Source: the human T2T-CHM13v2.0 reference genome, Homo sapiens
NCBI RefSeq assembly: GCF_009914755.1
Contig: NC_060941.1
Length of the DNA: 64,000 nt
Reading direction: 5' to 3' (one strand)
Below are positions 32,021 through 48,759 of this stretch, one piece after another. Positions within the stretch are counted from its first letter, which is position 1. Every line of letters starts with the position of its first letter. The notes under the pieces were generated by a model that did no database searches, had not been told where the DNA came from, and worked only from the letters and a program-made list of their open reading frames with translations. Position numbers and translations under genes: made by a program.

Positions 32021-32353
32021 ATAAGGATAATCAAAATATTTTCCATATAGTTTAATTACATTGAGCTCTCATTTTGAGTCTGTGAGGGCTAAGTCATTAA
32101 AACATCAATCATTTGTACTTTTCATAAAGTCCAAGTTCAAGAACATGTGTAGGTATTACAGCTACCTGAGCCAGGGGGCCGAACCTGACTTCCGAGAGCC
32201 AAGATTCTGACGCCCAGGAGGGCAGAACTAGGTAAGCAGCATCCCCTCCTTCCTGGATCCTATTCTTTTAAGGTCCATCCCTGCCAGGTTGGCTTCAAGT
32301 CACACAGACACAGCCCACCTTGGCTTTTTCGACCAGGCTGAAGGCAGCCCTAG

Positions 32354-33132
<779 letters not shown>

Positions 33133-33600
33133 CTAGACTCGGCCATGGGGACCCTGCTTCACCGTTCTGAGTGTCTGCTTCTCTTGGCAATGGCAGAGAA
33201 GTTTATCTCCCCTGCTGTGGGGCAGTGGCAAAGTGGAAAGGAGAAAAGTTCAGTATCTGGCAGGAATGTGTTTCTTTAACATTTCTCTGTGCGAGAATGG
33301 GAAGAGTGGCACTGGGATGGGTTTTCTGCCATCACTGCTCAGGGCCTAAGAGCCAGGGTGGAGTAGCCCCCTTGCCCTGCTGAACTCGTGAAGGTGAGAA
33401 TACCATAGGCAGCCCTTGGAGGGTAGGGGAGGGAATGAATAGGGTGGTTTGAAGAAAACTGATCTTGGCTCTGCTGACCCTGGCCTGGGCCAGGCAGCTC
33501 CCTAAGGGCATTGTATTATAACTGTTGGTAGAGGGGCTGCAAGATTGTGGGAGCATCCCCACAACCGGGTTGTGTCCAGAAAGTGTTCCCGCCCCTGCCC

Positions 33601-33725
33601 TTTTTTTTTTGAGACTGGGTTTTCTTATGTTGACCAGGCTGGTCTCGAACTCCTGAGTTCAAGCAATCCTCCTGCCTCAGCCTCTCGAGTAGCTGGGACC
33701 ACAAGCACGCGCCACCACGCCCAGC
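33601..33725 (-). mobile_element. FLAM/FAM-like Alu monomer
   Basis: Single ~125-bp arm with poly-T. Confidence 0.85.
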
Positions 33726-34059
33726 TTTCCCACCCTCTTCTTCATCATTTTGCTTTCCTGGCCACAGGAGCAGAGGCTTTTGTGCCTGGCATCTCACCCC
33801 TTGGCCCTCTTCCAACCCCAGCTCCAGCAGCTGCCCCTCACTGTGCCTTTTCGGCTCAGTCCTTGCACAGGTGCAACCTGGAATGGCAATGGTGGGAGGA
33901 GGAAGTGGGAGGCAAGAGGAGGGGGATAGGTGCTTCAGCCTCCCGGCCTTCAGGGAGTCGATTCTGATGTGTACTCCACACCGCTTCAGGCCCACTTAAG
34001 AACCACCTCATTAACCCTCCTCACCCCCTGATTGCTTCACATGGTTGCCTCCCCGGTTA

Positions 34060-34485
34060 ACCACCTGCATCCAAGTTGTCTCTGGCCCTGCTTCCTGGGA
34101 GCTGCACGCTCAGATCGCACGTGACTGCCATCCCCGTGAAGGTGATTGGCCAAAAGATAGAGTGTGTCCCCAAGCAGGGCCAATCAGAATCCTCCCCTGG
34201 GCAAACACGAGCTGCTCACGTGTAGGCACTGCGTAGGCTGCAGGTGGTGCCCAGCGCGTGGAGGCGGCGGGATCTGGGATGTGAGAGAGAGGGTGAGACC
34301 CCTGCGAAAGAAGAGACAAGCAGGCGTGAGAGACTAGGGGAGCGTCTTGGGGTTTTGAGCACCTGAGGCTCTGGTTGCTTCCTTGGGTCTATGAGTCCCA
34401 GCTTTCCCAGCCACATGAGGTCTAACTTTCCTGGAGCTGGGGTGAACTGGGTCTGTTACTCAACTGAGAGAGACCAGGCTAAGAG
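34060..34485 (+). mobile_element. Old ERVL LTR (LTR33-like)
   Basis: gattggcc...caagcagggccaatcagaatcctcccctggg. Confidence 0.5.
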
Positions 34486-34499
34486 AATGTTTCTGTCTT

Positions 34500-34637
34500 C
34501 CCTCAGGAACGAGGGGTCCCTGAGGGAAAGGACTGGGGCTCCTTCATCTCTATGATCCTAGTGCAGTGTCTGAAGGCATCAGGTACGTCATGATGAATGA
34601 ATGAGTGAATGAATGAGTGAATGAGTGAATGAATGAA
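34500..34637 (+). mobile_element. L2 3' end with (GAAT/GAGT)n tail
   Basis: cctgagggaaagggactgg...gaatgaatgagtgaatgaatg. Confidence 0.75.
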
Positions 34638-35280
34638 GAAAGGAGCGAACGAGAGAGTGGGTACATTGTGGATATCTTTTGCTGTTCTTCCTCCCTGCCA
34701 TCACTGGGCCTACCTTCAACAGTCTCTTTTCCTATGAAATAGAAACAAGATAATTAGGCTTTAGATGGTGAAGTATTGCAGAGTAAAAAAACTTGAGTAA
34801 ATGATTCAGGTCCCTTGTATAGGAGAAAAGGTGGGGCAAAGGAAAGATGGAAACCGAAGGCACCTAGTGATGCACACTCTTGATACATTACTTTAAAAAT
34901 TTTTGACAACCCCACGGAGTAGGCATTATCCCTGTCTTACAACTGTGTAAACTGAGGCACAGGGTGGTCAAGTACTTTGCCTGAGGTTTTACAGATAGTA
35001 ATCAGTAGACCCGGGGTTTGATTTAAGCCGTTCTCATAGGTGTTAGGTGGTATCTTGTAGCTTTAATTTGTATTTTCCTAATGTCTAATATTGTTGGGCA
35101 TCTTCTATGTCCTTATTTGCCATCTTGTTTAGTTCATACTTGTTCAAATTTTTTGTCCATTAAAAAAATTGGTTGTTTACTGGTTGTTTATTGGCTTGCT
35201 ATTGAGTTTTGAGAGTGTTTTTTTTTTAAATTTTCTGGATACTAGTCCTTTATCAGATATACGTTTTGCAGATAGTTTCT

Positions 35281-35836
35281 TTTTTTTATATTTTTTTAAA
35301 TTATACTTTAAGTTCTAGGGTACATGTGCACAATGTGCAGGTTTGTTATGTACGTATACATGTGCCATGTTGGTGTGCTGCACCCATTAACTCGTCATTT
35401 ACATTAGATATATCTCCTAATGCTATCCATCCCCCCTCCCCCGACCCCATGACAGGCCCCGGTGTGTGATGTTCCCCACCCTGTGTCCAAGTGTTCTCAT
35501 TGTTCAGTTCCCACCTATGAGTGAGAACAAGCTGTGTTTGGTTTTCTGTCCTCGCGATAGTTTGCTGAGAATGATGGTTTCCAACTTCATCCATGTCCCT
35601 ACAAAGGACATGAATTCATCCTTTTTTATGGCTGCATAGTATTCCATGGTGTATATGTGCCACATTTTCTTAATCCAGTCTATCATTGATGGACATTTGG
35701 GTTGGTTCCAAGTATTTGCTATTGTGTATAGTGTCACAATAAACATACGTGTGCATGTGTCTTTATAGTAGCATGATTTATAATCTTTGTGTATATACCC
35801 AGTAATGGGATTGCTGGGTCAAATGGTATCTCTAGT
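35281..35836 (-). mobile_element. 5'-truncated L1PA (ORF2 C-terminus and 3'UTR) inside an older L1M
   Basis: TWNQPKCPSMIDWIKKMWHIYTMEYYAAIKK; 17-bp TSD ttttgcagatagtttct at 35264-35280 and 35837-35853. Confidence 0.95.
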
Positions 35837-36269
35837 TTTTGCAGATAGTTTCTATCAGCCTATAGCCTGTCTTCATTTTCTTAATGGTATGTCTTGAAGA
35901 GCAGAGTTTTTTTTTATCTTGATATAGTACAGCTTATCCATTTTTACTTTTATGCTTGGTCCTTTTTGTGCCCTGGACCTGGAATCTAAACCCAGATCTG
36001 TGAATGTCAAAGTCCTTCTTCTTATTACATCTCACGTAGTGTTGCCTCAAAGTCTATTCTAAGGCCAGTGCCAGGCACCATGAGAGTCACCCAAGGAGCT
36101 TGCTTACAACTGTGGAGAATCTGCTTCTATGGGCCTGGGTAGACCTGGGAACCTGCATATTTTATAAACTCTCCAGGTGACTGGGTGATCAGCCAGGTGT
36201 GGAAGGGGCTCTAATGCAGGAACCCTGACACCCCTGAGCCTTTAGACCTGGTGGCTTCTTGGCCTCTTT

Positions 36270-36632
<363 letters not shown>

Positions 36633-37614
36633 TAAAGTGCTGGTGATGGTGACATTTCTAGGTCTGTTTCTTATGTGTCCCTTCCCCTGCCTTCCTCCCC
36701 AGCTCCTTAACACAGTATTTGACATTCAGCAGATGATGAAGACATGCTTTTAAACCAAGCGACCCACTCTCTACCAGTAGAGGCGAGTGGCAACCTCACT
36801 CCACAGCTGGCACTAAGCGAGCCAAGTAGAAACCATATAATTACTGACCTTGGTTTAGAGTGCTCTCCTTTAGCTCCTTCCCTCCCCAGCCGTGGGCGGC
36901 CACTTAAGCCGGTTGCCTCACCCTCTAGCCCAGCCAGAGGCTTCCACACCTAGAGAAACTGTTATTTTAAAGTAGCTCCAAGATTGGCTCACGGAGTTGA
37001 AAAGGACACTTGTGTAAGTGAACAGCTATGGCAGCCTCCAAATAAAAGAAAACTGGATTAATTTGGAACAGGGGATGGGAGTGGGGAAACGAAGTGTGTT
37101 TTGGCTTAGGAGCAAAACAAGCATCTAGAGGTTTAGCAACTTTCTCTGGCATGTCAGATTGTGACATGTCATAGGGTCAGAAGTGAATGCTGTAGGGTGA
37201 CAAAGATGGTCACCTGCTTTCCCCCAGCCAACTGGGACTTCTTGGGGAACAGAAATGATTTCCTTCCCCCACCCTCAAAGGGAGCAGCAATAAGAAAACT
37301 AAGATCTATTGCCAGGGTTTTATATTTTATTTAATCCTTCCAATAACCCATAGGGTCAATATTATTCACATTTTTCACATGGGCAAACTGAGGCTCAAGA
37401 GGTTATAAGGATAGCCAGGATATGCTGGAGCCAGGATTAGGAATGTAGCAGAGGCTGAGCCATGTAATAAAGAGGCCTCAAAATACACTGCTTTAAAGAA
37501 TGTTGACAGTTATTTCTTCCTCATAAAACATCTCCAGGTCAGTAGGAAAGCTCTGCTCCAGGCAGTCACTCAGGGACTCAGGATCCTGCTATCTGTGGCT
37601 TCACAGGTTTCTGG

Positions 37615-38190
37615 AATTGGGGTCAGCAATCTTTTTCTGTAAAGAGCTCGATTGTATTTTAGACCATGCAAGGCACGTGGTCTCTGTCCTGACTACTCAA
37701 CTCTTGTATTGTGACAGTAGACATAGACAATATGTAAATCAGTGGGCATGGCTGTGTTTTAATAAAACTTTATTTACAAAACAGGCTGGATTTTTGGTTC
37801 AAGGGCTGTAGTTTGTTGATCACCATCCTAGGAGGGTGGTTCTCAAAGTATACTCCCAGGGAACTAGCAGTATCAGGGTCATTTGGAAACAGAAGTACAG
37901 CTTTTGCGGTGAGTGCCAAGGCCCTACTGAATTAGAAACTCTGGGGTTGAGACCCAGTGATGTGTGTTTTAACAAGTCCTCCAGGTGATTCGTATGCATG
38001 CTGCGGTTTAAGCATCATCACTGTTATGGGGTCCTACCTCTCAGCCCTGGCTGCATCTGAGCATCACCTGGAGAGTTTTAAAAACTCCTAATGCCTGGGC
38101 CATATCTCAGGGCCATTACCTTGGACTCTCTAGGGGTGGAACCAGAACTTTTAAAGCTGCCTGCTGATTCCAGAGTATTGCAAAGCACTG
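37615..38190. mobile_element. Adjacent hAT MITEs: MER58A, MER5A, MER5B-like
   Basis: ggggtcagcaatctttttctgtaaag; gtggttctcaaagt...aacaagtcctccaggtgattc; atcacctggagagttttaaaaa. Confidence 0.75.
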
Positions 38191-38751
38191 GCCTAGAGCG
38201 GCGTTATCACTGGTGTGGTTAAAGCTGGCTTGCCACCTGGCTTCCAACCACACCTGCTTCTCCAAGGTGGGGCACCCAGTGCTCCCTGAGATCTGGGTTT
38301 TGGTTTTTTCCTTTGTCTTATCCCCCAACCCCCTGGCACCCTGGCTCCTTCCTAGAAACTCTCTATGGGGCTTTGTGATTAGGGAGGACCTCAGTTCAAG
38401 TTTGTCGACTAACCGATCTCTGGTTAGGAGTGTTGCAATACGGGGTTGGGGGGATGACCTGTGCGGGTGAAGGAGTGTGGAATGGAAACAAACCAGGAGA
38501 GGAAGGAGGGAGGGGAGAGAGCAGGAGGAGGACTTGGATGTAGAAGCACCTGGCACAGTGGCATGTCACCAAGATTCAGTGAAGGCCAGTTCCCTTCCCC
38601 GCCTTTTCCTCCCCAGCTCCATCCAGCACCTGGTAGGTGCACAGCCTTCTGGAGGGAAGGGAATGCTATAGGGTGACAAAGAGCAGTCCCTGGGTGCTGC
38701 CAAGCCTTCCTTTATACAGTGAGCACTTAGCGTTGACAGTGTGCCTGGTAG

Positions 38752-38830
38752 TACAGTTGTCCCCCAGTATCTGTGGGAGATTTGTTCCAGGACCCCCATG
38801 AATACCAAGATTATCAGGTGCTCAGATCCT
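38752..38830. mobile_element. MER2/Tigger terminal fragment
   Basis: ta-cagttgtcccccagtatctgtggga...ttccaggacccc. Confidence 0.7.
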
Positions 38831-39057
38831 TTAGTATTCTAAATGCTTTATATGAATTAATGCATTAAATCCTCACGGCAACCCGGAGGGTAGGCACTGT
38901 AATTACCTCCATTTTACAGATGGGGAGCTGAGGCTTTAAGAAGTTAGGTGACCTGCACATGGTTACACAGGTGGTAAGTGGTTGAGCCAGGAGTCAATTC
39001 AGGAAGTTTGGCTCCAGAGCTAAGCTCTGCTGTCTTCTCTTCATAACTGCAATGGTG

Positions 39058-39619
<562 letters not shown>

Positions 39620-40223
39620 TAGGGAGCAGGAGAGCCCATCCTCTGGAGTGAGAAGGCAGATTTTATTTCTGTTCAGAGCATCTTGGGCTGGTGCTGGGAG
39701 AGCTGCCAAGCCCAGCTGACACATTTTCTTCTGCCAAGGCTACTGAGTGGGTGGGCAGCCCCGGGGGGCTCTAGAGGGCCCCAAGACACCAACTCCTCAG
39801 ATGTGTCTCAGCACCTAGGGGAAAGATGGGGATACCTGCTTCCTCTGCCTTAACTGCCATCTCTTTCCCTAAGGGAGTTTCCTGGGGCTAAAATTCCAGT
39901 TGCTAAAATCTTCCTCATTTCTCTGCTCTGGTCCAAAGCTGAAAGGAACCCCAAGAAGCCATTTGTTCAAGGCTTTTGCTTTTAGGCAATCAAGGTAGTC
40001 CTGGTTGTTCCCATTTTACAGATCACAGAAGCCAGCTGTGGTTCTCACTGGCTTGTCCTCCTTCCCGTTAGCCCTATGATACTTCCCAAATGTCCTTTTT
40101 CCTATCAGATCATTTCTCCTATCAAATGAGCATAAGAATCCCAGGGCACTTGCTAACTTTCTGGATCACCTGTCAGCTGCTGTAAAAACTTAGGAAGCAG
40201 TCGGTTAGAGCTGGGGCCCTTTA

Positions 40224-40535
<312 letters not shown>

Positions 40536-40998
40536 TCATCATCTGGGATAATGGGAAATACTGGCACACAGAGACCTCCCAATGGGTGCCAGGATTCTCC
40601 CCCACTTAAGGTTCAAACCCCGACTGACTGTCTTAGCTGTGCCCCAAATTGTTACAATTGCCCCCCGCCTCTTGGATGAGTCTTGTGGGTTTGGCGGCTC
40701 ATTCCCCTCCAAGCCCAACTCAGGCCATTAGAATGGGGCTGCAGGATGGTGTGGTGTGCCTGCATCCCCCACCCCGCCCACCCTTGCCCCTGGCCAGTCC
40801 TGCCTTATCCTCCAGGGGCTGTTCGCTGAGGATCATGGAGACCTTGGCAGTGTCCTCAGATCTATGGCTATCTTAGCCTCACTTCAGCCAGACACGCCAA
40901 CACTCAGGGCTCCCCATTTGCCAAGGGTCCCTAGCCCATTTGTTTCTGTTCTATGTAAGAAAAGCCAAAAGTCACTGGAGAGGACATTTGTTTCAAGT

Positions 40999-41548
40999 TG
41001 TGATGGTTTCATAATATGTCTAAAAATTCGTTGAGCCTCCTTCCTGAAGTGGCAGAGCCTAATTTTCCTCTCCTTGAGTGTGGGTGGACTCAGTGACTTC
41101 CTTCTAATGCAGAAAGTAGAAACAAGAATATGTGACTTCTGAGACTAGGTCATGAAAGGCACCATGGCTTCCTTCTCTTTCCTGGATTACTCACTGCAAG
41201 GGAAAGCCAGCTGCCATGTTGTGAGGATACTCAAGCAACCCAGTGGAGAGATGGTGAGAAACTGAAGCCTCCTGCCAATAGCTAGCGAAGAAACGAGGCC
41301 TTTTGCCAAGAGCTGTGGGAATAAGCCATCTTGGAAGGCGAACCACCATCCCCAGTCAAGCCTTCGGAGAACTGCAGCCCAGGCCAATGTTTTGTCTGCA
41401 ACCTCATTAGAGACCCTAAGCCAGAACCACCCAGCCAAGCTGCTGCTGAATCTCTGATTCACAGAAGCTGTGAGATACCAAACGTTTGTTGTTTTAAGCT
41501 ACTAAGTTGTGGGTCATTTTTTAAATGCAATGATGGGAAACTAATACA
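40999..41548 (+). mobile_element. Solo MLT1 (MLT1E/F-like) MaLR LTR
   Basis: TG...ctaataCA; 5-bp TSD caagt on both sides. Confidence 0.9.
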
Positions 41549-42294
41549 CAAGTCAGGAGCCACAGCCTTCATCGACAAGCTGAGTGGGTAGGTGAGAGGA
41601 CTGAGGCAGGCGTGGTACCCAAAGACCTGGACAGAGAACCAGCATTTGTCAGGATGGAGTGCAGTGCTTGGATGTGTGTCCTTCCATTTACTGTTAGTGC
41701 TATTACCCCTGTTGTCCATGTCAGGAAACTGGGGCTCAGATAGGTCAGGTCATGTGACCAAGGTTGCCGAGCTCATCGGTGGCACAGCCAGGATTTGAGC
41801 CCAGTCTGTCTGCTCTGGTCCATACTTTCCCACTCTTGATGCTGTCTTGATGATCTCAGTGATTTTTGGGCAAGACCCACCGCTTTTGGGGCTTGCCTAG
41901 AACTTGAGCCGACTGCATGCATATTGATGAGAAGGTTGAACCTGGTGCTCTCTGGCCCTGGATTCTCTAAGTAAGGTGTGTGAACCCTGCTCTCATAGCC
42001 TTTGCCCTGTAGGGTGCCCCAGGGTAGGTCAGCTCTGTCTGCTAAAGATCTAGTGAGCCAAGGATGAGGATGTGACAGCTTGGCTTTAAGAGCTCCTGTG
42101 CAAACGTGTAGCTTCCTTCAGCAATACCATCTCCTGATTCTCCCTCACAGACATGTGTGCCCAGGTCTGTTTGCAATGACACCAACATCACCCCTGCCCT
42201 TGGCCTTGCCCCTCTCTTCACCTCCGTCCTGATTCCTGCTCTGTAGCCACACAGATGCCAACAGCTGGCACTTGTCCAAGAAACATGTACTCAA

Positions 42295-42610
42295 GGTCAG
42301 GTGCAGTGGCTCATGCCTGTAATCCTAGGTTTTTGGGAAGCTGAGGAGGGAGGATTGCTTGAGGCCAGGAGTTCAAGACCAGCCTGGGCAACATGGGGGT
42401 CCTTGTCTCTACTAAAAAAAAAAAAAAAAAAAAAAAAGCTGCACATAGTGCCATGCCTATGGTCCCGGCTACTTGGGAGGCTGAGGCAGGAGGATTGCTT
42501 GACTTAAAGAGATTGAGGCTACTATGAACCATAATCATGCCACTACACTTCAGCCCGGGTAACAGAGCGAGACCCTGTCTCAAAAAAAAAAAAAAAAAAA
42601 AACAGAAAAA
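42295..42610 (+). mobile_element. AluJ
   Basis: Full dimer; aagaaacRtg on both flanks. Confidence 0.95.
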
Positions 42611-44305
42611 GAAACGTGCTTGGGGTAATGCATGTTGACTCCATCTTGTCACCCAGAGCTCAGCAGGAGGCACCTTCCTGGGAGAGTCAGATCAGGAGTG
42701 CACAGGGCTGGACACAAGCACCTGGGGCAGCCTCGGGAAGCTACTGCTCAGCGGCATCAGAAGATCCTGCCCCTCTCCCGGGGCCTGGGGCATTGCACTT
42801 GGCATCTGAAGCCCTTCCTCCACACCCCCTTCTGCAGGTGGGGGCAGAGCCCACTCTGGGATGCCTCCCTCTCCACAGCTCCATGCTTTGATGGGACACT
42901 CCCCTGCCACCTCTCTCCCAACCACAGCTTCTACCATAGCCATGGCCAACAGCCTCCATTAGCCTGTGCTTGCAGGACAGTCGAGGGGCTGCCTGGAGCC
43001 TCCTGCAACTCCACCCTCATCCTGCTCCACCCTCTCCCTGAAGAACCTCCACAGGCTCTTTGGTCCTGTTTGTGAGGAACCTGGCCCCTCATCCTGCTAT
43101 TCAGGGCCCTCCAAGCTCTTTCCTGGGCCCTACACCGCACCATCCCTTTTCACAGCAGCCTCTTCCTAAGTGGTTTGAATTTTGGGTCCCCAGGCCTCCT
43201 CAAACTGAAACCCCATCTGTAGACACCCTGACTCCCCTCCACCCACCTCCCACACTAGAAGTAGAGGAAAGGCAGATGGATGGGGTGTCTGCCCAGCCTG
43301 AGGGGCAAGGTGTGGGGACAGGCAGGGAGGGCAGGCCCCAGGATGGACAGATGGACAAGGCATCTGGCTCTCCCTTTTCCTGAATGGCCATGGGAGGAAT
43401 GAGGTTGCCACCCCATGCCTCTCACAGAGATGCTGTGAGTGTGAATGAGAACAGCTTGTGAGGGGTTCTGACAGGCATAGCCTGGTGCGGAGACCTTTTG
43501 TAACCTTCCGGACCTGGCATTGAACCAGAGGACGGATCATGTGACCCATGTTGCTCGGCCCTTTTAGCCTTCCCGGCTCATGGCTCACATCCCAAATACC
43601 CTCACGCTCTGCAGGCGCTCTTAACCTGGGGAGGGGTATGGATTTGTTTGAGGGTAGGAGATGCATTGCCTGTCTTAAATCTACAGCTGTATGCACAAAT
43701 ACTTTTTTATTTTTTTCTGGAGTGTTTGCCGCTTTTCAAAGGCTTTGCGAACCATAAAATGGTCTAACTAACTTGGTACCAGCTTTCCAGTCTAGGCCCA
43801 CCTGGATGTTTACTCCCAGCAAATCTGGTTTCCAAGCTTAAGGGCTGTCAGCATCCATCCTGATGAAGCACTCGCCTCTTCACTTTGAAATTCTAACACC
43901 TAACCTGCTTCAGGGAGATCTGAGATCAGATCGGCACAGTGGGTACATCCTCTATCCTTCTCCTCCTAGGCTGACCTCAGTTTCCCTGCATCCAAATGGA
44001 TCAGTGTCGGGTTACAGCTACACTCCAGGCTACTGACAATGTTCCCAGTGACAGGTAAATCTCCATCCCATGCAAACATCTTGCATCTGAGCAGCCCCTT
44101 TCCAAAGATGTTTTCTTTTGTTTCAAACACGAGGGCTTCTGCCTTGTGCAGGAGTTTTAGTGTGTTTCCCAGAACAGAACTCAGCCTCCTAACCTTAAGT
44201 ATAAATAGGGTTGTTCACAAGCTAATGACTCTGATCATGGCAAGATGACTTCTATCTTGATCTCACCTAAATTCCTCCTCAATCCGTCTTTAACCTGAGG
44301 TCTGA

Positions 44306-44690
<385 letters not shown>

Positions 44691-44784
44691 ATTTTTTTTT
44701 CACATATAATAAGTTCCTGAAAATGTCTAAGAATATAAATGTATCAAAGTTAGATAATAATCTTACACTATGCAAGAAGGAGGA

Positions 44785-45000
44785 GAGCCTGGCGGTTAAG
44801 AATGTGGACAGTGACCTACCTACACGGGCATAAATCTGCCACTTCCTAGGTGTGTGGCTGAGACCTCTCTGTGCCTCAGTTTTCTGAAAGACGGAATGAT
44901 TATAGAAACCACCTTATAGGGTTCTTGTGCAAATTAAGTAATATATATATAAAGCGCTCAGAACAGGGTCGTATGCACTGAATATGTTAATAATTATTAT
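44785..45000 (+). mobile_element. MIR
   Basis: ggttaaga...ctctctgtgcctcagttt. Confidence 0.75.
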
Positions 45001-45083
45001 TTTATGTTTTAAGGTGGATTCTATACTCAGCTAAAAATAATGACAACTCCCTAATTATATTTTGCTTCTAAGAACATTGATCA

Positions 45084-45400
<317 letters not shown>

Positions 45401-45485
45401 GAACAACTATTTTACCCCTCACACATGAATCCAGTCAACCAACTTGAGTTAAATGAACACTGGGCTAAAATGAAAACAACTTTCA

Positions 45486-45807
<322 letters not shown>

Positions 45808-46474
45808 TCATTTTAATTTTAATTATATTAACTTTTTGAGACCCTTTCTTGTTTATTACCTAGTACCTATACTTTAAATTTTCCATTTTTGCTCATTTTT
45901 ACTATCAATAAACACAACAACATATTCAAACAATTGCATCAACAGGCTATACAATATGAGCCAAGTGGAATAGAGATACTTCAAAAATGGGGCTGCTGGC
46001 TGGTAGTTTATGTCACCTCATGACATCCCAACATATTTGCCAGTGGATGTGAAAAAGTCCAGATTTGGTGAAGAAAAATCAATTTAGGAATGTCAAAGTC
46101 CAAACCTATAACAGTGGTGATGGTTCAAAAGCCAAAAATCCTTGAGGCTGGGACGTATGTCTGGGTTCATGTCAATGATCTTGTTGGAAGAGCAATTTGT
46201 TACCATGAAGTAGGAGACAGATAGTCTTCACTTTGATAACAGACCCATTCCAAGAGAGCTGGCTATAAAGAAACTATTCATAGTGTGAGTCACATTTTTT
46301 TAAAAATTCCATTATAAAACTAAGACGGTCTTCTAAAGGAAAATGGAGAGCTTTGAAAAGTTTTGGTGGATAGGGCCAGGTCTTTGTCATGCTGGGATTA
46401 TGGTGAGAGAGATTTGAAAGCACTTTTAGTAATTGCTGTTCCTTCCTGTAGCTGAAGCTTCAAGGGGAGCTTCT

Positions 46475-46899
46475 TTTCTTTTTTCTTTTTTTTTTAAACA
46501 CAAGTTTCCACTTTTATTAGTTTTATATAATGATGCACCAAGGTTCGTCTTGGGCCTCAGAATTTAGCTAATGTATGTGTTTTCTTTTCTTTCTTTTTTT
46601 TTAAATTTTATTATTATTATACTTTAAGTTCTAGGGTACATGTGCACAACGTGCAGGTTTGTTACACATGTATACATGTGCCACGTTGGTGTGCTGCACC
46701 CATTAACTCGTCATTTAGCATTAGGTATATCTCCTAATGCTATCCCTCCCCACTCCCCCTACCCCACAACAGTCCCCGGTGTGTGATGTTCCCCTTCCTG
46801 GTCCGTGTGTTCTCATTGTTCAATTCCCACCTGTGAGTGAGAACATGCGGTGTTTGGTTTTTTTGTCCTTACGATAGTTTGCCGAGAATGATGGTTTCC
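46475..46899 (-). mobile_element. 5'-truncated young L1PA (PA2-PA4-like 3'UTR) with probable 3' transduction
   Basis: L1 3'UTR 46603-46899, two poly-A tails, candidate TSD agcttct. Confidence 0.9.
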
Positions 46900-47059
46900 A
46901 GCTTCTGGAAATACGGTGAAATTTACGGCAGACTGCCTAAGTTTACAAGGAGCAACAGATACTCCAGGCTACCTCCTCAGTGTGGCCTGATCCCTCCCCC
47001 TTTTATTCTCCTAGAGAGTGTCTCACATTATAGCTGATAACACTCACTAATGTCTCCAT

Positions 47060-47374
47060 TTCTTTTTTCTTTTCTTTTCGTTTTTTGAAGACAGGTTTGT
47101 TTTGTTGCCTAGGCTGGAGTGCAATGGTGCAGTCATGGCTTATTGCAGCTGTAATCTCACAGACTCAAATGATCCTCTAGCCTCAGTCTCCCAAGTACTT
47201 GGGACTGCAGGCATGAGCCACCAGGCCCAGCTAATTTATTTTTATTTTCATTTTTGTGGAGACAGGGTCCCTCTATGTTGTCCAGGTTGGTCTCCATCTC
47301 CTGGGATCAAGCAGTCCTCCTGCTTTGGCCTCCCAAAGTGTTAGGATTACAGGCGTGAGCCCCCGCACCTGGCC
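47060..47374 (-). mobile_element. AluJ
   Basis: Full dimer, diverged. Confidence 0.9.
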
Positions 47375-48299
47375 TTCAGTTCTTTTTCACCACATTTCAT
47401 TGTGTCCTTTTGCGATTGGGGTTTAGATAGCTAGAGGTGGAGTTCTTTACTTTCCTGACAGTTAGGGTTTATGCAGTCTTGGTATGCTCCCTTCTTTGAT
47501 GGCTACATTCTGGAAGCTGGGGAAGACGCGTGTAAGCCTGAGCAGTATGTCTGGCACCGAAACATCAAGAGAGCCCTGATGCCACCCGAGGCCTTCACAT
47601 GTTGACGAGATGGCTATGTATACACAAGGGCTCCTGCGGCGGGCGGAGTGGGGGATGCCATCACCAGATAGAACTTCATAAGACAAAACATCAAATTCCT
47701 TCCTTCCCCTCTCTTAGTAATGGTCCGCCCTATTTAATCCTGGGATGTGAGTTCTTTTGGTGATGGGGGTTTGCTGAATTGATAGGGAATGGTGCCAGTG
47801 GTTATGTCCGAGTGGCATTGAACCATAGAAACATTTCTGAATGTTTCTTCTATTTCTATCCCCTAATCTTTTCATGCCACTAGGCATGTGAGGCCAACAT
47901 GGCCTTCTAAGCTTCTACAGTCAGCCTGGCTGCCACTGTCCCTGCATGATTTTGGCGACTCTAAGGAAGTCCCAGAGACCAAGGAGAGTCCAGTCTTGTG
48001 GTCCTGGCCAGAACTGAAATTTCACCATTGACTTTGTCATCGTGCTGTGTGCTTCTCCAAACCACAAGGGTTCCTCCTGCTTCCGGGGGCCTCAGCTCTA
48101 TCCTTGCAGCTCTCGTGAGCCTCAAGTTCTCATGCAGTTTTCAGATTAGGTGGTTCTAGGAACTCACACCTATCTCCTTTCTCCTGTGCCATTGTCAGAG
48201 ATGACAGCAGATCATGTTCCACAGTGGGAATGGCCAGTTAACATATGCAACACTTCCCTTTGAAAGCACCTTAAGTGGAGAATTCTAGAAAATAAACCA

Positions 48300-48618
<319 letters not shown>

Positions 48619-48759
48619 GAGAGAAAAAAACTTGCCCACTTTCATCAATCTTGGAAGCTCAGACCTTAGTAAAATTTATTTATTTCAAAGAAGGTGCAAT
48701 AAAATTGTTCAAGCCCACTTGGAAATCCATTGTAAGAGGTGCTGGCATTTTGAAAAATC

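Noticed and set aside
35504-35746. 80-aa ORF with real protein similarity
   Set aside because: It is the C-terminus of L1 ORF2 in a 5'-truncated dead copy, not a host gene.
43861-43923. TGATGA...CTGA box C/D snoRNA-like pattern
   Set aside because: Box C lacks the leading purine, with no terminal stem and no evident internal boxes.
45950-46400. Possible processed pseudogene in A-rich unique sequence
   Set aside because: The plus-strand frames I translated gave no recognisable protein, and there is no linked poly-A or TSD; blastx would settle it.
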